A stretch of 64,000 bases of DNA from Guillardia theta CCMP2712. Taxonomy: Eukaryota; Protista; Cryptophyta. The notes under the pieces were generated by a model. It was not told the origin of the DNA, did not search any database, and saw nothing but the letters and a program-made list of their open reading frames with translations. The position numbers and the translations under genes are program-made. Positions within the stretch are counted from its first letter, which is position 1, and every line of letters starts with the position of its first letter. Positions 34,040-46,099 of the stretch are shown here, one piece after another. Location of the stretch: contig NW_005434662.1 in the NCBI RefSeq assembly GCF_000315625.1, positions 402,307 to 466,306 on the forward strand, written 5' to 3'.

Positions 34040-34345
34040 AGTCCCTGGCCTAGTTTCCCGGACTCGGAGTCGGACTCGAGTCGGAGTCACCGGGTGACCG
34101 CCGTGCCGCGGCGCCGCGCCGGCGCCCCGCCCGCCCCGCCCGCATGCGGCTCGGCGGGCCGGGGCGTCACAGTTTGGATCACCCGGCATGATCCGATCAG
34201 GGAAGCCGCCTCTGGATCGCCAACGTCGAACTCAGTCAGTCACGGTTATGACTTCACTGAACGGCTACTGCGCGGCCGGGCAAACCAGGCTTGACAGCCG
34301 GCGGCCCGCCGGGCCCGGCCCCTGACCGGCCCTTGATCAAGGCGA
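34040..34345. other. CCGG-rich island
   Basis: GACTCGGAGTCGGACTCGAGTCGGAGTCACCGGGTGACC and CCGG runs upstream of ATG 34447. Confidence 0.65.
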
Positions 34346-34446
34346 TTTGAGGCGGGCCCAGAGTCAGGTATGCTGTACGAACGAAGCAGGTAGGAGGAGC
34401 AGTTTCTAGGCTATGACGGGGTAGAAGGTGGAGGTCGGGGACTACC

Positions 34447-35350
34447 ATGCAGGGGAACGGGAAAAGACATGACCTCCTTGGCTCTTCCTTCCCGTCCCCT
34501 TCGTTTCTCTGCTTTCCTCATTATCTCCTCATCCTGCTCATGGCTCTGAGGTGCCCCCGGGAATCACTATCTGCATGTTCGAGCGATGCGCAAGTACAGA
34601 TTCTTCGCCCATCTTCGGGAGACGTCGTATTCGATCCTGCTCCTGAGCTTGAACTCAGTGCGATCATTCGTGACGATGGGGTAGAGGGTGTGTCCTCATT
34701 CGCATCTCAGGCATGTTTCACATTCTGGCTGCAGATTACCATCAAATTAGAGTCTTGCTCGACGGAAACTATGTCATCGAGCTCCCTCTATCAGCAGGAC
34801 AGGTTGAGTACTCCATTTGTGTTGAATGCACGAACTTTGACTTTCAATGCAGGTGCAACTTTCAGGATTGAAGAACGGACTGCACAACGTCCATGTGCAG
34901 GTGCTATGATCGTGATGTCATCCCAGCACGAGGCTGAAAACAGCAAAGATGGTGTGCAAAGGAAGCGAAGTGGCAAGCTCAACGTCACTCTTTATTTACA
35001 TGACACCCGAAGACGACAAAGGGGATGCGGACGAATGGCAGGTGAAGTTGGGATACTGTGCACTGCAAAGGTCTAACAACAGTTCCTTCAGCTGTCCTGG
35101 GTGAAATCTTTGGATTACAAGCATCGTCTTCGGATGATCTATGATGCTTTCAAGACGGTTAAGCTTCTTATCAACCTGTTCGTCATGATGGACTCACAAG
35201 TTGGTCTGCAGATCGCCCAGAGGCATCAAGAGGAGGTACAGGACCTGCGATCTCAACTGGTTGTTAGCTGAGCATTGCAACCGTAGCCTTGACGCCTTAA
35301 CTGCAGGAAGAATGCCGGCAGGGGCAAAAGCAGGAGCTGTAGGTTGCACT
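34447..35350 (+). CDS. Uncharacterised multi-exon protein with hydrophobic leader
   Basis: 209-aa open frame starting with FLCFPHYLLILLMAL, then VQILRPSSGDVV; further short exons; no family recognised. Confidence 0.4.
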
Positions 35351-35554
35351 GCTTACGTATTGCCTAACATGTCTCCTTGTGACGTTGGATGATTTTGATT
35401 GTTCAGTTCATCGCTCACTTGAAAATAGAATAATGATGTGATACTATGAGTTGATGTGAAAGTAGAATTCTTGCTTCTGAGCGACGACACAGATTGAACT
35501 TTACACCAGAATGAGGCCTCCAGTCCGTCGCACACTGTAGCCGTACTTGAAAAA

Positions 35555-35970
35555 GACCGCCGGGCGGTAGTTGCCAACCGTGAACTTCGGAACGGTTCAG
35601 CCAGCCTGAGGGCCCCGCGGGCGGCCGTGCAGCAGTGCCACCGTGCCACGGTGACGGCCCGTGGCACTCCGACGGCCGGGCGCGGCGAGTAATCAGGCGG
35701 CCAGAACTGAGCCCGGCCACCGTGCACCGGCGTACTACCGTGACCGTACCCGGCGTACACGGTCGCCAGTCTTTTACTCAAAGCCTCCCCGTTAAGTCGC
35801 CAGTACTACGGTGCGGTAGGCTTGTGCCCGGCCCCGCCCGGCCGCCCGGCGGCGGCGCGGCTCAGCGGCTGGCCGGGCCCGGCCGGACCGTCACGGCGGC
35901 GGCCGGGGCCGGGGCCGGCACTGATCGGGATGCCGCATGATCGGTCAGTGATCCCGGCCGCCCCGACGGG
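35555..35970. other. CCGG-rich island with partial TTTACTCAAAG motif
   Basis: CCGG runs; TTTTACTCAAAG at 35772-35783. Confidence 0.6.
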
Positions 35971-36189
35971 CAAGTTGGCTCGGAATGTGGCAGTGAAGGC
36001 AGTAGTGCACTGAGGGGGGTGAATGCAGCAGCTGGTTCGATGCAGTGACAACGGCCGTGACTGCATGTGCTGACTCCTTCGCTCACTAATAGTATATATA
36101 TATCGTTCCTTGATGCCATGAAAGTGACTTATTTCATAATTTCATCTGTAGTAATCTCATTCTCACTGCGTGTTGCACAGAGGCGGCTC

Positions 36190-36605
36190 AATCTGGGGGT
36201 ACTATGGTGGAGGAAAGGGGGTGGGGTAATCTTACCTGGGCAGCCTTACAGGGCGCTGCCCGACAACCGACTGGAGTGGGGGGGTGGAGATCAAGGTACG
36301 TTTCGGAAATGTGTACTGAGCAGGGTAGGGTGGTCAAAGTTTGCTCAGATAGGTGGGTCCCAAACAGATGATGACGGGGGTATCGATGACGGGGGTATCA
36401 ATATTTATATGGTGGGTAGGAGTGACTAGAAGGGTGGAGAAGGTGGGGTGGGTGTTAGAATGATGAGGGGGGGTGGGTGGTAGTGCAGTTGGAGAGGTGT
36501 ATTGACAAAAGGTGCATATTTGACGGGGTACTGAAATCTTATCAGGACCGGTGGTGAGTTACCATACACAGGGTGGGTGGTGAATGGATAAAATAGGGGT
36601 GAGTA
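36190..36605. repeat. GGGGTA/GGGTGG-rich island
   Basis: Dense G-run words, non-coding, followed by a (GAGAGG)n tract near 36700. Confidence 0.65.
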
Positions 36606-36899
36606 AACATGAGCGAAAAAGCGCTGGATGAGGCGATGATGCGAGATGGAGACGAAAAGAGGAAGAGGGGTAGAGGATATGGAAATGCGTAGGAGAGAAA
36701 AAGAGAGGGAGAGGGAGAGGGAGAGGGAGAGGGAGAGAGAGAACAAGGCGGATGTGAGAAGAGGAGAGGAGAAGTAGAAATGATGGAGAAGACCTTTGAT
36801 GAAGTGTTGAAAACTAGCCAGGAGCTGGATCAGCTGCGCATATTGAAAAGGGGGCGGAGAGAGCTATGGCAGCGTTACTTTTGTAGATATTGGTGAAGT

Positions 36900-38200
36900 G
36901 GGGTTGCAAATACCAGGGAAATTTTGTAAAGAGGATATGAAGTGGTTGGGTTTTGATGCAAGCTCATGTTGTAGTTTGAGTACTCTTTCACAAGGAGAAT
37001 GATTGATATGAATATGCACTGCGGCCTTTGGATTCTGGAGGTTTGGTATTGACTCTCATCTTGCAGAGAATTGTCATAGATTTTCATGCCTAATACGTCA
37101 TCATCGTTTGATCCTGTTCCACTGACACCGAAAACCATCAAGAGTGAGTTGTTGCGGTTAATCGCGTGAGGCTCAGCTGATGCTTGTGCTGTAAAAGTCC
37201 TGGACGGCGAGATCTTGTACAAGCAGAGCTCTCTCTCCCTTTGTTCGATGGACTGCTGCGCCCCGACTTGCGCGTGCATGGAAGACCAGCAGCGTTTGCT
37301 GGTCCTTCCGGTGGTTGACAGCAACCTGGGGACGTGAGTCATGGAGGTGTTGGCGCCCTTTCATTCCATGACCTTGGTCGGGATCAGGTCTCAGCCCGAG
37401 ATGCTTGCAGAGGATTGCGATCTATGGAAGCACTTCGACTACAACTTCAACCTCGAGACGGACGGGAGGGTATAACATCTTCGTGCGAGGGAGCCACGCA
37501 TGTAGTAACGTGCGGTGCCTTCCAGAAGGTGAAATGGCCTGAAGGAGCTCAAGGGGAAGGGCCAGGATCGAGCCCGGCGAAAGGTACAGAGGAAGGTGTG
37601 CTGTGCTGCTGAGCTCGTCGGGGGGGGGGGGGGGGGTGCGTAGTGATGGCGATTGCTCGCAGGGGACGAGGAACAACCTGCAATGCTTCCGCCTCCACAG
37701 GTAATCTCGACCCTTGCCACTCTCGGCCAGTTGATGGAGCATGCAGGGAGTGTTCCAGAGGACGCGGAGCAGCGGGGCGTGCTCGAATCGAAGCTCGTCG
37801 AGGTCTTGATCGCGTGAGCGGCTGTTGTCTGTTGACCGTCTGGACAGGTTCGGGCGTCTTCCGAGTACCCCACAAGGAGAACGAGGTTTGAAAGAAGAGC
37901 AAACCACAGCTTCGCTGACGTTTCTTTCAGCAAACACGAGCATCCTCTTTGGAAGAACAAAGAGGTAAGATGGGAAGTGAAGTGAAGGACGTTAGGAGCT
38001 GAAGAATGCTGCAATCACAGTTGTGAGGGGGGTACAGACGCATCTCGAGCGGGTGACTGACAATATTATGTGATGGTGACCAGGCGGGACTGATATTTTT
38101 TGGTAGCGTACAACCGAAAGATTGGGGCGGAGCTTGAGGAGGAAGAGCAGAAGCATCTCTTATTCGGAAGATGCTCATCCGCCTGAAACATGTACAGTAG
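36900..38200 (-). CDS. Probable coding exons of an uncharacterised Cys-containing protein (separate gene or tail of the GT2 gene)
   Basis: Minus-strand open segments with splice signals (..LYPPHNCDCSILQLL | RGCSCLLKE..); no family recognised. Confidence 0.3.
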
Positions 38201-38399
38201 AGGAATTCATGTGCGATTTTAGAGAAGTTTTGTACAAAAGTCAGAATGAAGTCGAAATATCACATTCATATCATTCTCATGACAGATCTCTTCTTGTCAG
38301 CAAGGGAATCAAGTTGTAGATGAGCAGCTCTGAGCGAGAAGAAGAGCGAAGGATCGAGGATAACGGAGAGGCGAGGTGGAGGAAAGGACAGGGCTGGCC

Positions 38400-41300
38400 G
38401 ATTATTTTGGGTATCCAATGTTGTCGAGGAGAGATCGCCAGGCCTGACAAGCGCGAATGAGCAGCAAGCAAGGGACGCTCCTGATTACCCCACGAACGTG
38501 CTGGATGGAGCGGAAGAGAGTCTCGAAGACAGGCTTCGCAAGGTCTCGCTCAACCTGCAGCAGCAAGAGTCATTCTCCTCTCCTCCTCCCACTTAGTCTG
38601 ACAGGTCCGAGGACGTGATCGATCGAAGCGTTACCCTGCGATAATTCTTCAGCATCCACCTTAAGGGAATGCTCCCTCCTCCTCTTCCTCCTCTCTCTGC
38701 TTCTCTCCCTCCTCTCCCTCCTCTCCCTTCTTCTTTCCCTCCTGTCGCTCCCGTCGCTGTTGTTATCTCTCCTTCAACTCCTTGCTTTCCTCACCGCGAT
38801 TGGTTTCCCATCAGTCGTGTAGTAGACCGATCGCATGCTCCTCCCCAGTGACGCTTCAACCTTTCTCATCGATAAGAGAAGAAAGAGGATCGGGAATCGG
38901 AGGACGCGTGATAGAGGAGAAACGCAAAACTCACGTTATTCACTGCGTTGATGAAAAGTTTATCGGCAGCCTGTAGAGATGGAAGTCAGTACTCTCCTCC
39001 TCCTTCCTCTCCTTCTCTCCTCGTCCCCTTACCATCACAGTGTGGTGAAGCTCCTCTTCCTGTGAAGCCGTTGAATCAAACGGGTTGAGGAGCGCAGGAA
39101 ACATTACCAGCCTCTTGGTAAAATTGGAGGAGAAGGAAGTTTGAAAGGTTCCGTTAGCTTGCGATGAGTTCCTTCACGTAAGGTGAGAATGGGAAGAGGA
39201 AGGAGGACGACGATGAAGAATGATGGTTGAGAAATAGGAAGGTGGAAGGAAGGAGGAGGGAGAGGGGAGGAGGGCGGAGGGAGGAGAGAGTATTTACCAG
39301 CTCAAGGCACGGTAATCCACTAAGGTATTGAGGACGGGGGAGAGCGCCACAGAGGAGCCGACGAGCCGGAGGAACTTCAAGGAAGTGCTGGGGGTGCTAC
39401 CCTGCAATGAAGTGTGAGCGAGGAGGACGAGGAGAAGGTAGAGAGGAAGGCGGTGGTGGTGGTGACAGCAAGAGAGGTCGAGGATTGAAGCAGGAGCAGC
39501 AGGAGAGGGCAGAGAGCAAGTTGAGGAGCGGAAGTGGAGGAGTTGGACTAGGAGGATGAATTGGGTCACCTCGTCGAGGGTTCTGTTGGAATAAATAGCC
39601 GTCCACAAGTCCTCCCAGGAGATCCTGCCGTCCCCGTTGACGTCGAACTTGGAGAGAGCTGGAGAAGAAAGATGAGGAGGAGGAAGCGAGGGCTGCTGAT
39701 GGTACTTGAGCTGACTTCAGGGTTGAGGATACGCTGGTAGAAACTGCGGTCGCTTTGCCTGCTCGTGGGGACGTTGGAACAAGAGGAGGAAAGGGAGAGG
39801 AAGAGAGAGGGGCAGATGAGTTTTCGTCAGAATGATTGGTGGGGGGGTGGGGGGGGGGGGGGGCAGCAAAAGGAGAAGGGGAGGAAGGTACGAGAAGGGA
39901 TCTCGAAGGGTCTCATGCACGAGGAGGACGCAGACGGGGATCAGCAGGGGAAATCGTGCGGACCTTGTGAGCAAGGAAGAGTTGGTACGGGCAACGAGGC
40001 CTGGAGGAGCATCAGGTTGTCTGTGAGGAAGTTGCTTCCCCTCTTACCGAGCGAGCGATTGAGCTCGAGGAAAAGTCGCGACTGAGCGTCCGTCAGCCCG
40101 ATGGCTTCGAGCACCTACAGCCTCGTCTGTATCCACGGGAGGAAAGCGGAGGAGGGAGGGAAGGAGAAGAGGAGGAGAGGAGGAGAGGAGGAGAGGAGGA
40201 GAGGAGGAGAGGAGGAGAGGAGGAGAGGAGGAGAGGAGGAGAGGAGGAGAGGAGGAGAGGAGGAGAGGAGGAGAGGAGGAGAGGAGGAAGGGAGAAAAGG
40301 AGGACGGGGGGACAGGAGGATTGGAGTTTGCTGTCACCTTCCTGGCCTCCACTTCAGCCCGAGCCTGAGACCAAGGCGATATTAGTGCAGAATGGTCAGA
40401 GCAGAGAGGGACAAGGAGGAGGGAAAATAAGGCAAGATGTAGAGAGAGGAGGAAAGATGAAAGGGAACGAACCTGCATGATAAGCGCGATCGTCTCCGGC
40501 ACTCCAGGCTCTTGCAGGACGGGGATGCTGTTCCAGGGATCTTGTAGAATCTTGCCGATCTGTGCAGGCCAAGGAGAGGCGGGATGAGAACGGCAGCAGG
40601 GGGGGGGGTGCTGAGGCTGATGAGAGTGACGAAGGCGGGTAAAGGAGGAGAGAGGTCTGACAGGGCAAGGGAGGTAGAGAGGAGAGGAGAGGAGAAAGGA
40701 GGAGGGGAGGAGGAGAGGAGGAGAGGACCTCTTGGTTAACGAAAAGATCGAGAGACCATCCTGTGTTGCCAAGCTCTAAGAGCTTCCCTTCGAGCGCCTT
40801 GTCGATGTCAGAGCAAGGCGGAGCGAGAAACGGAGAGCAGGAAGGAGGGAGACAAGAGAGGCAGAGCATCTGACCTCAACCAGCCGATTGATGAGCTCGT
40901 AGGCTTTGTCCTGGACGTCCTCCGGAAGTGGATCGATCTGTTCGACTATCAGTGCTCTCCCATCTCCATGCTGAGTCCTGCCTGCTTCTGCAGCTCTCGG
41001 GCCAGCTGCAGGAGGAGAAGGGGACCACGCGTCAGAGCAAATTGGCAGAGTGAGGACACGGAGGAGGGAAGGGGAAGGAACGTAGAGAGGAGATCAAAGA
41101 GCGAGGGCGGCGGTGAGGGAAGGACAGAAAGAGAAGGGAGAGGAGGCGTCACAATTTCTCCTGAGGCGATAGCAGCCAAGCCATAGAGCGCGTCCTCGTT
41201 GAGCTTGGAAAGGACCTGATGAAGGTAAGACGGGGGAGGAAGAGAAGCATGCGCACACCAGGCGCGTTGATCTCTCTACTCCCACGCCGAACGCGGGAAG

Positions 41301-42936
41301 ATGCGAGCTAACAAACTCGGGGACCTTGGGGGACAGCACCTGATCCCTTCGATGTCACGGTGGTGCGGGCAAGGTGGCGGAGGAAGTGGACGAGGAGGAT
41401 CGAGCTAGACAGCAGTGCACCTGCAGGGCCCCAACGCTGATGAGACGAGCGTTGGAGATGCGAAACTTGGGGTCGATGGGGATGAAGTCAGCAAGGGTGG
41501 AAAAGAGCTTGTTGGCGAGGCGGAGGAGGCGGAGACCGATCTTCTTGAGGGACCTGCGGAGCAAGCAGGAGAGGAATTGCGGAAGGGCGGTGACTTGTTG
41601 CAAGAACGCACGGATGCCAGATCTGAAGCCCCGCATCATGCTCGAGGCCAGCAGGACAAGTGACCACTTGGCTCTTGATCTGCCAGGAGAATGAAGGGGG
41701 AGAGGCAGGAAGGTAAGGAGATGAAGCTCACCCCTCCCCGCTCAGGCGGTGCCTCCACCCCCTCAGCTTCATCCCCAGCATCCCTCGGAGCATCTCAAAG
41801 ATGGTAGACATCACGCGGACTCTGCTGTCCCTGTCGTCGACCCAACGGACGGGAATCTCAGAGACAACAAGATCGGATCCTCGCGCGAGGAGGAGGAGTT
41901 CGGTGTCGAGGAACCATCCTGTGCTGCGCGTCTGAACCCACGACGTGAGAAGAGAGCGCAAACAAGGAAGAGAAGGAGTAGGATGATGATGAAAGAGAGG
42001 AATGGATGCGATGGAGAAGGGGGTCGCAAGGAATTGAGAGGTGGAAGAACACGTCGAGGAGGACATACCAGGGGAAGAGCCTTATCCAGGAAGTCCCGAG
42101 CAAACACCTTACAGCCACACTGAGGATCTCGGATCTTGAAGTTCCAGAACAAAGTGTTGAGGAAGATTGACAGCGACCGAGACGTCAGCTCCCGCAACCT
42201 CGATCGCCCAACCACCCTCGCTCCTCGCCTGAGCCTGGAAGCGATGGCTACTGGTGAAGTGCCGTTATGGACGCACTCTACAAGCGACGAGAAGTTCTCG
42301 AGGCTCGTTGAGAGATCGACGTCCATGTAGCACTGCAAGGATGCTGTATTGTTCTGCCATGCTGCTCGTAATGCGCGCCCTCTCCCTCGCTCCTGCAGCT
42401 GCATGCAACCCACCCTACCTTGGCCGTTCCTTCTTGCAAACCTCTCGGCAACCTCTGCAGCAACAGACGTGTGAGCTCTATCAAGTGTCGAGATCGTCAC
42501 ATGATTCACCGAGAGTTTGATCTGTCGAGCCGTTGTCCACCACCGTCACACTCCACGCCCATGGTTTGCTCGTCAGGAACTGTGTCAGCTGCACTAGAGT
42601 GTTCTCGAGGACGTGTGCCTCGTTAAGAGCGGGAAGGACGACGTGAACAGAAGGAGGAGGGAGGACATTAGAGGCATGCGAAGCAAGAGGAATCAGTGTT
42701 TCATGGCGCTTGACGCCTGCGGCTCTACACGATGGGAAGGAAAGCTTCGTTTGGGGGGCTGACGGTCCTGCCGGGCGAGACAAACCGAGCGATCCATGGA
42801 AACAGAAAGAATATGATGAGGGGATAGAGAGGAGGAAGAGGAAGAGGAGCAGGAGAAGAGGAGGAGAGGAGGAGGAGGAGGAGGAGGAGAAAGAAAAGGG
42901 TGATCTAAGACGGATAGTTGCAAGGATGGGTTTCAT
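38400..42936 (-). CDS. Family 2 glycosyltransferase (polyprenyl/dolichyl-phosphate glycosyltransferase-like) with long spliced C-terminal extension containing an EF-hand
   Basis: VHVVLPALNEA..VVDNGSTDQT, GRGRALRAAW, YMDVDLST (DxD), IASRL, DPQCGCK, WFLDTELL, EIPVRWVDDRDSRV; donor GTGAG at ~41731 then further exons including LSKFDVNGDGRISWEDLW at ~39600-39660; 3' end approximate. Confidence 0.8.
40168..40287. repeat. Intronic GA-rich 24-bp tandem repeat
   Basis: (AGAGGAGGAGAGGAGGAGAGGAGG)-type units, ~5 copies. Confidence 0.8.
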
Positions 42937-42983
42937 GGCAGCATCGGGCGCTAGAGAGGAGATGGGGCGGGCCGGCTGTAGTG

Positions 42984-43020
42984 ATTGGCTAAAACAACTT
43001 TACTCAAAGGTAAGTTAAAA
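42984..43020. promoter_or_regulatory. CCAAT box plus CTTTACTCAAAGGTAAGTTAAAA motif between divergent genes
   Basis: ATTGG at 42984; one-mismatch copy of the 2893-2913 motif at 42998-43020; between ATG 42936(-) and ATG 43205(+). Confidence 0.5.
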
Positions 43021-43204
43021 AGCACAATTCATTCTAGTTTTTCTCTGCTTTTTTTTTGTAGGCTTTCGCTGCCTTTTCCGTTTCCTAGTATTTTGTTGAG
43101 GCGGGTTCGTAGGTTTGCCTTTCTTTTTCAGTCAATAAAGATGACAGTTTTCCGAACTCTCCGGGCTCCGATGGCAATTTTTTAACCTCTAGAACTTGTC
43201 AAAA

Positions 43205-44039
43205 ATGCTTCACAGCCACGACAAGGAGGATCGGGTGGGGGGAAGAGAGTTTGAACGAGGGAGATTGAGATAGAACAGAGTGCTAGATGATGATGAGATA
43301 GGGGTTTGCTACGAATCATCAATACCTGGCAAGAAGTCGATCCTGCGTACTCACGATTTCTGGTTCACAGCAGTTCCTTGTAGAAGCAAGACGTTTCGCG
43401 GTGTGCGATGGGCATGTGTGAGTCCAGGGACGTGCAATCATGCTGCGCCACTTCTGATGAAGTCGCCGACGAGCGAGTGAGGACAACGGTCAAGGTGAAG
43501 GGCATGCAAGCTGTCAAACGAAAGTCGAGCAGGGTGGGGAGCCAGAGAGCGTTTTCCGAGACGGATGACGTGATGAGGGTGAACATCTCTCGTGCCAACC
43601 GCCCAGGAGGTGGTTGACTGTTAGCTGCAGAGTTACTTGAACTTGAAGAACGAATTGCTCCAGAAGGCTATGGCAGAGAAGGAAGAGGCTAATGCTAGGA
43701 AGGAGAAAGCAAAGAGGATGGAGAAGCTGGAGAAAGCGAAGAGACAACTTGCAGAGCTGAAGAAGAGCATTCGCCAAGATCCTCACTCAGAAGCCAAGCT
43801 TCAAGAGATGAAAGCCATCAGGGAGAGGTCAGACAGGCTCTGCTACACCTGAATCGTTGCACTCGCTTACATTTCTTTCAGGATTTGGAATCTGGATACT
43901 GTCAAGGGTGGACAACAAAGTAGGAGGAAAAGCACCGTCTGAAGAGATGACTCTTATCATGCTATGCACTGATATTACGTCTAGTGTATTTAGGAAAATC
44001 CCATACAAAATTGTTTCAAGTTTCGAGGCTCTGACGTAA
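43205..44039 (+). CDS. Small multi-exon basic coiled-coil protein, uncharacterised
   Basis: ATG 43205; exon YLNLKNELLQKAMAEKEEANARKEKAKRMEKLEKAKRQLAELKK; canonical splice sites. Confidence 0.5.
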
Positions 44040-44199
44040 GTGGCAGTGATCCAACTGGCAGTTCCCACAGGACAGAGTGCAAAATGTGGAGCAAGATCAC
44101 GGGGCACACATAGCATCACAACACGCATGGGATGAACGCACATCTGATCTAGTCTTCATCTAGTCCCTTTAATTACATTTATAGCCTTTGAAAGAATAC

Positions 44200-45999
44200 T
44201 CAAGAATAATCCCCACCACGTACTCGTCCAGAAGTTGAAACTGCGACAAAAATCAGCCCCGTGCCACAGAAGAATGGTATGAGAAGCGTCTCACCTGTGA
44301 TTTGGCTCCAAGCCGCTGGTGCAACCCCATCCACACTGCAACAGGATACTTTGACAACTCCGAGAGCAAGCTTTCTGCCAGTGCGATACATTCTGATCAG
44401 AGAAGTTAGCGTTCTGATACAACCCTAGAAAAGAAAAAGTGCAAGCAAGAAAGGAAGACAGGAAAGCAGATGATAAGATTTCAGCACACCTTGTCCCTCG
44501 TCACGACGACCTGAAGCAACGAGCTTGGTTGCTGCGAAGATGCCCGATGAGAAGAAAATTCCCTTGTAGTCAGGGGTCTTGAACAAGACATTCGCGATAT
44601 CAATTGCAATGAGCAAGACTTGTCTGGATCTGTGATCCTCCAACTTCCAGGTGTTCATTGTCTCCGCTATCCTCTCGATCAGCCCACACTCAATGAGCTC
44701 CTTTCGGTGCTTCGGGTTGTACGCGAGGCTTCGCAAGGGATACAGAACACTGTAGGGCGCAAAGTTGATACCTGCCCAGCTTTTTCCCTCAAGAGAGTAT
44801 CCAAGAATCTCCACCATTGCCGCGACTGTGTGGTAGTGGCTGATCGTTGTCAGCGGCTCGTAGCAGGACCCTGTCAGATTTGCGATAGCCATGGAGGCTC
44901 TGCAGACCCTTGCGTTGTACTTTTCCCCATAACCCGCCTCCTGAATCGCGGGAATCAAAGCCTCCTCCACGATCTTGAGGTCATTCAGCAGCTTCTTTGC
45001 GCTGTCACATCTCGTCAGGCAGTTGATCGCCCCGACTGACACGTTCTTCGCCCCGAACAATCCATCTGTCACCAGTGCCTTGAGCGCCTGAACCAGCCCT
45101 GGATGTTTGATCATCACCAGGCATGCTTCCTCACAGAAGGCTGCACAGTTGTTGATGACCAGCGCCGCATCTTCCTGCATCGTCGTGTATGTTGTGCTGA
45201 GCATCTCCACAAGGCTCTGTAGAGCCCACGAATTCTCTACGATAGCCTTGCAGTTCTTCTCGTTCCTGAATGCAAGTTCGCTCAATGCGCTGCATGCATG
45301 ATATCGAACATGCCACGAAGGGGACTTCAACAGCTGGCAAAGAATTGGGATTCCTCCTTCGTTCCTGATCTGGTTCTTGTTCCATGAAGATCGCTCATGT
45401 TCCGTGTGCGATCGTTCGAAGAGAAACTCAGCAGCGATCGAAGCGTTTCTATGGTTTGGCGACTTGAGCTGCCCACCCAATCAAATAAACAAACAGGAAC
45501 GTGTCATGGAAAGGGAGTCATCTCACCTCACGAATCGCAACACTGATGTCAGGATCTCTATAGCCCTCAGGGGGTTCTGTGCTGCCATCAACGGCCATCC
45601 GTGTCTCACTATCAATATCTACAGCCTCCATCATGCCAGTATCTTCTAAAGGGATCATGTTGGGTGATTAATTCTATCTCATACGCCTTGTCCCGTACTT
45701 CCGATGACCAATTATTGTACTTCAGATCGACCAGAAGATCAATACAGAAGGATCTAGCGTCGGTAACGTCTAACGCTTCAGATCGAGGACTTGACAGATT
45801 ATACACGTCTGGATGTATTTCCAGTGTGTCTCCTTCTTCCGAATCAATGGAACTCGATAAAGCCGCTGTTGCCTTGGACAATCAAAGAAAAAATGTTGTC
45901 CGATCCAGACCAGTTCCCATTAATCCCCTGCAAAGTCTAGCTCACGTTCCCTGCTGTCTTTCTCGGCCGTTTATCCGTGTCCTTCTGTTGGTGCTCCGC

Positions 46000-46034
<35 letters not shown>

Positions 46035-46062
46035 CTGCTTGCAATGCCTCTCCAACTTGCAT
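44200..46062 (-). CDS. Armadillo (ARM)-repeat protein
   Basis: NKNQIRNEGGIPILCQLLKS..VRYHACSALSELAF.NEKNCKAIV..ALQSLVEML..QEDAALVINN: typical ARM helices; upstream exons from ATG ~46062; ends approximate. Confidence 0.75.
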
Positions 46063-46099
46063 GCGCTGGGTCCTTGCGCGATGGCTCAGGTTATAATGA

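Noticed and set aside
40044-40869. Leu/Ser/Pro-rich and Glu/Arg-rich ORFs
   Set aside because: Read-through of CT/GA-rich introns of the GT2-linked gene.
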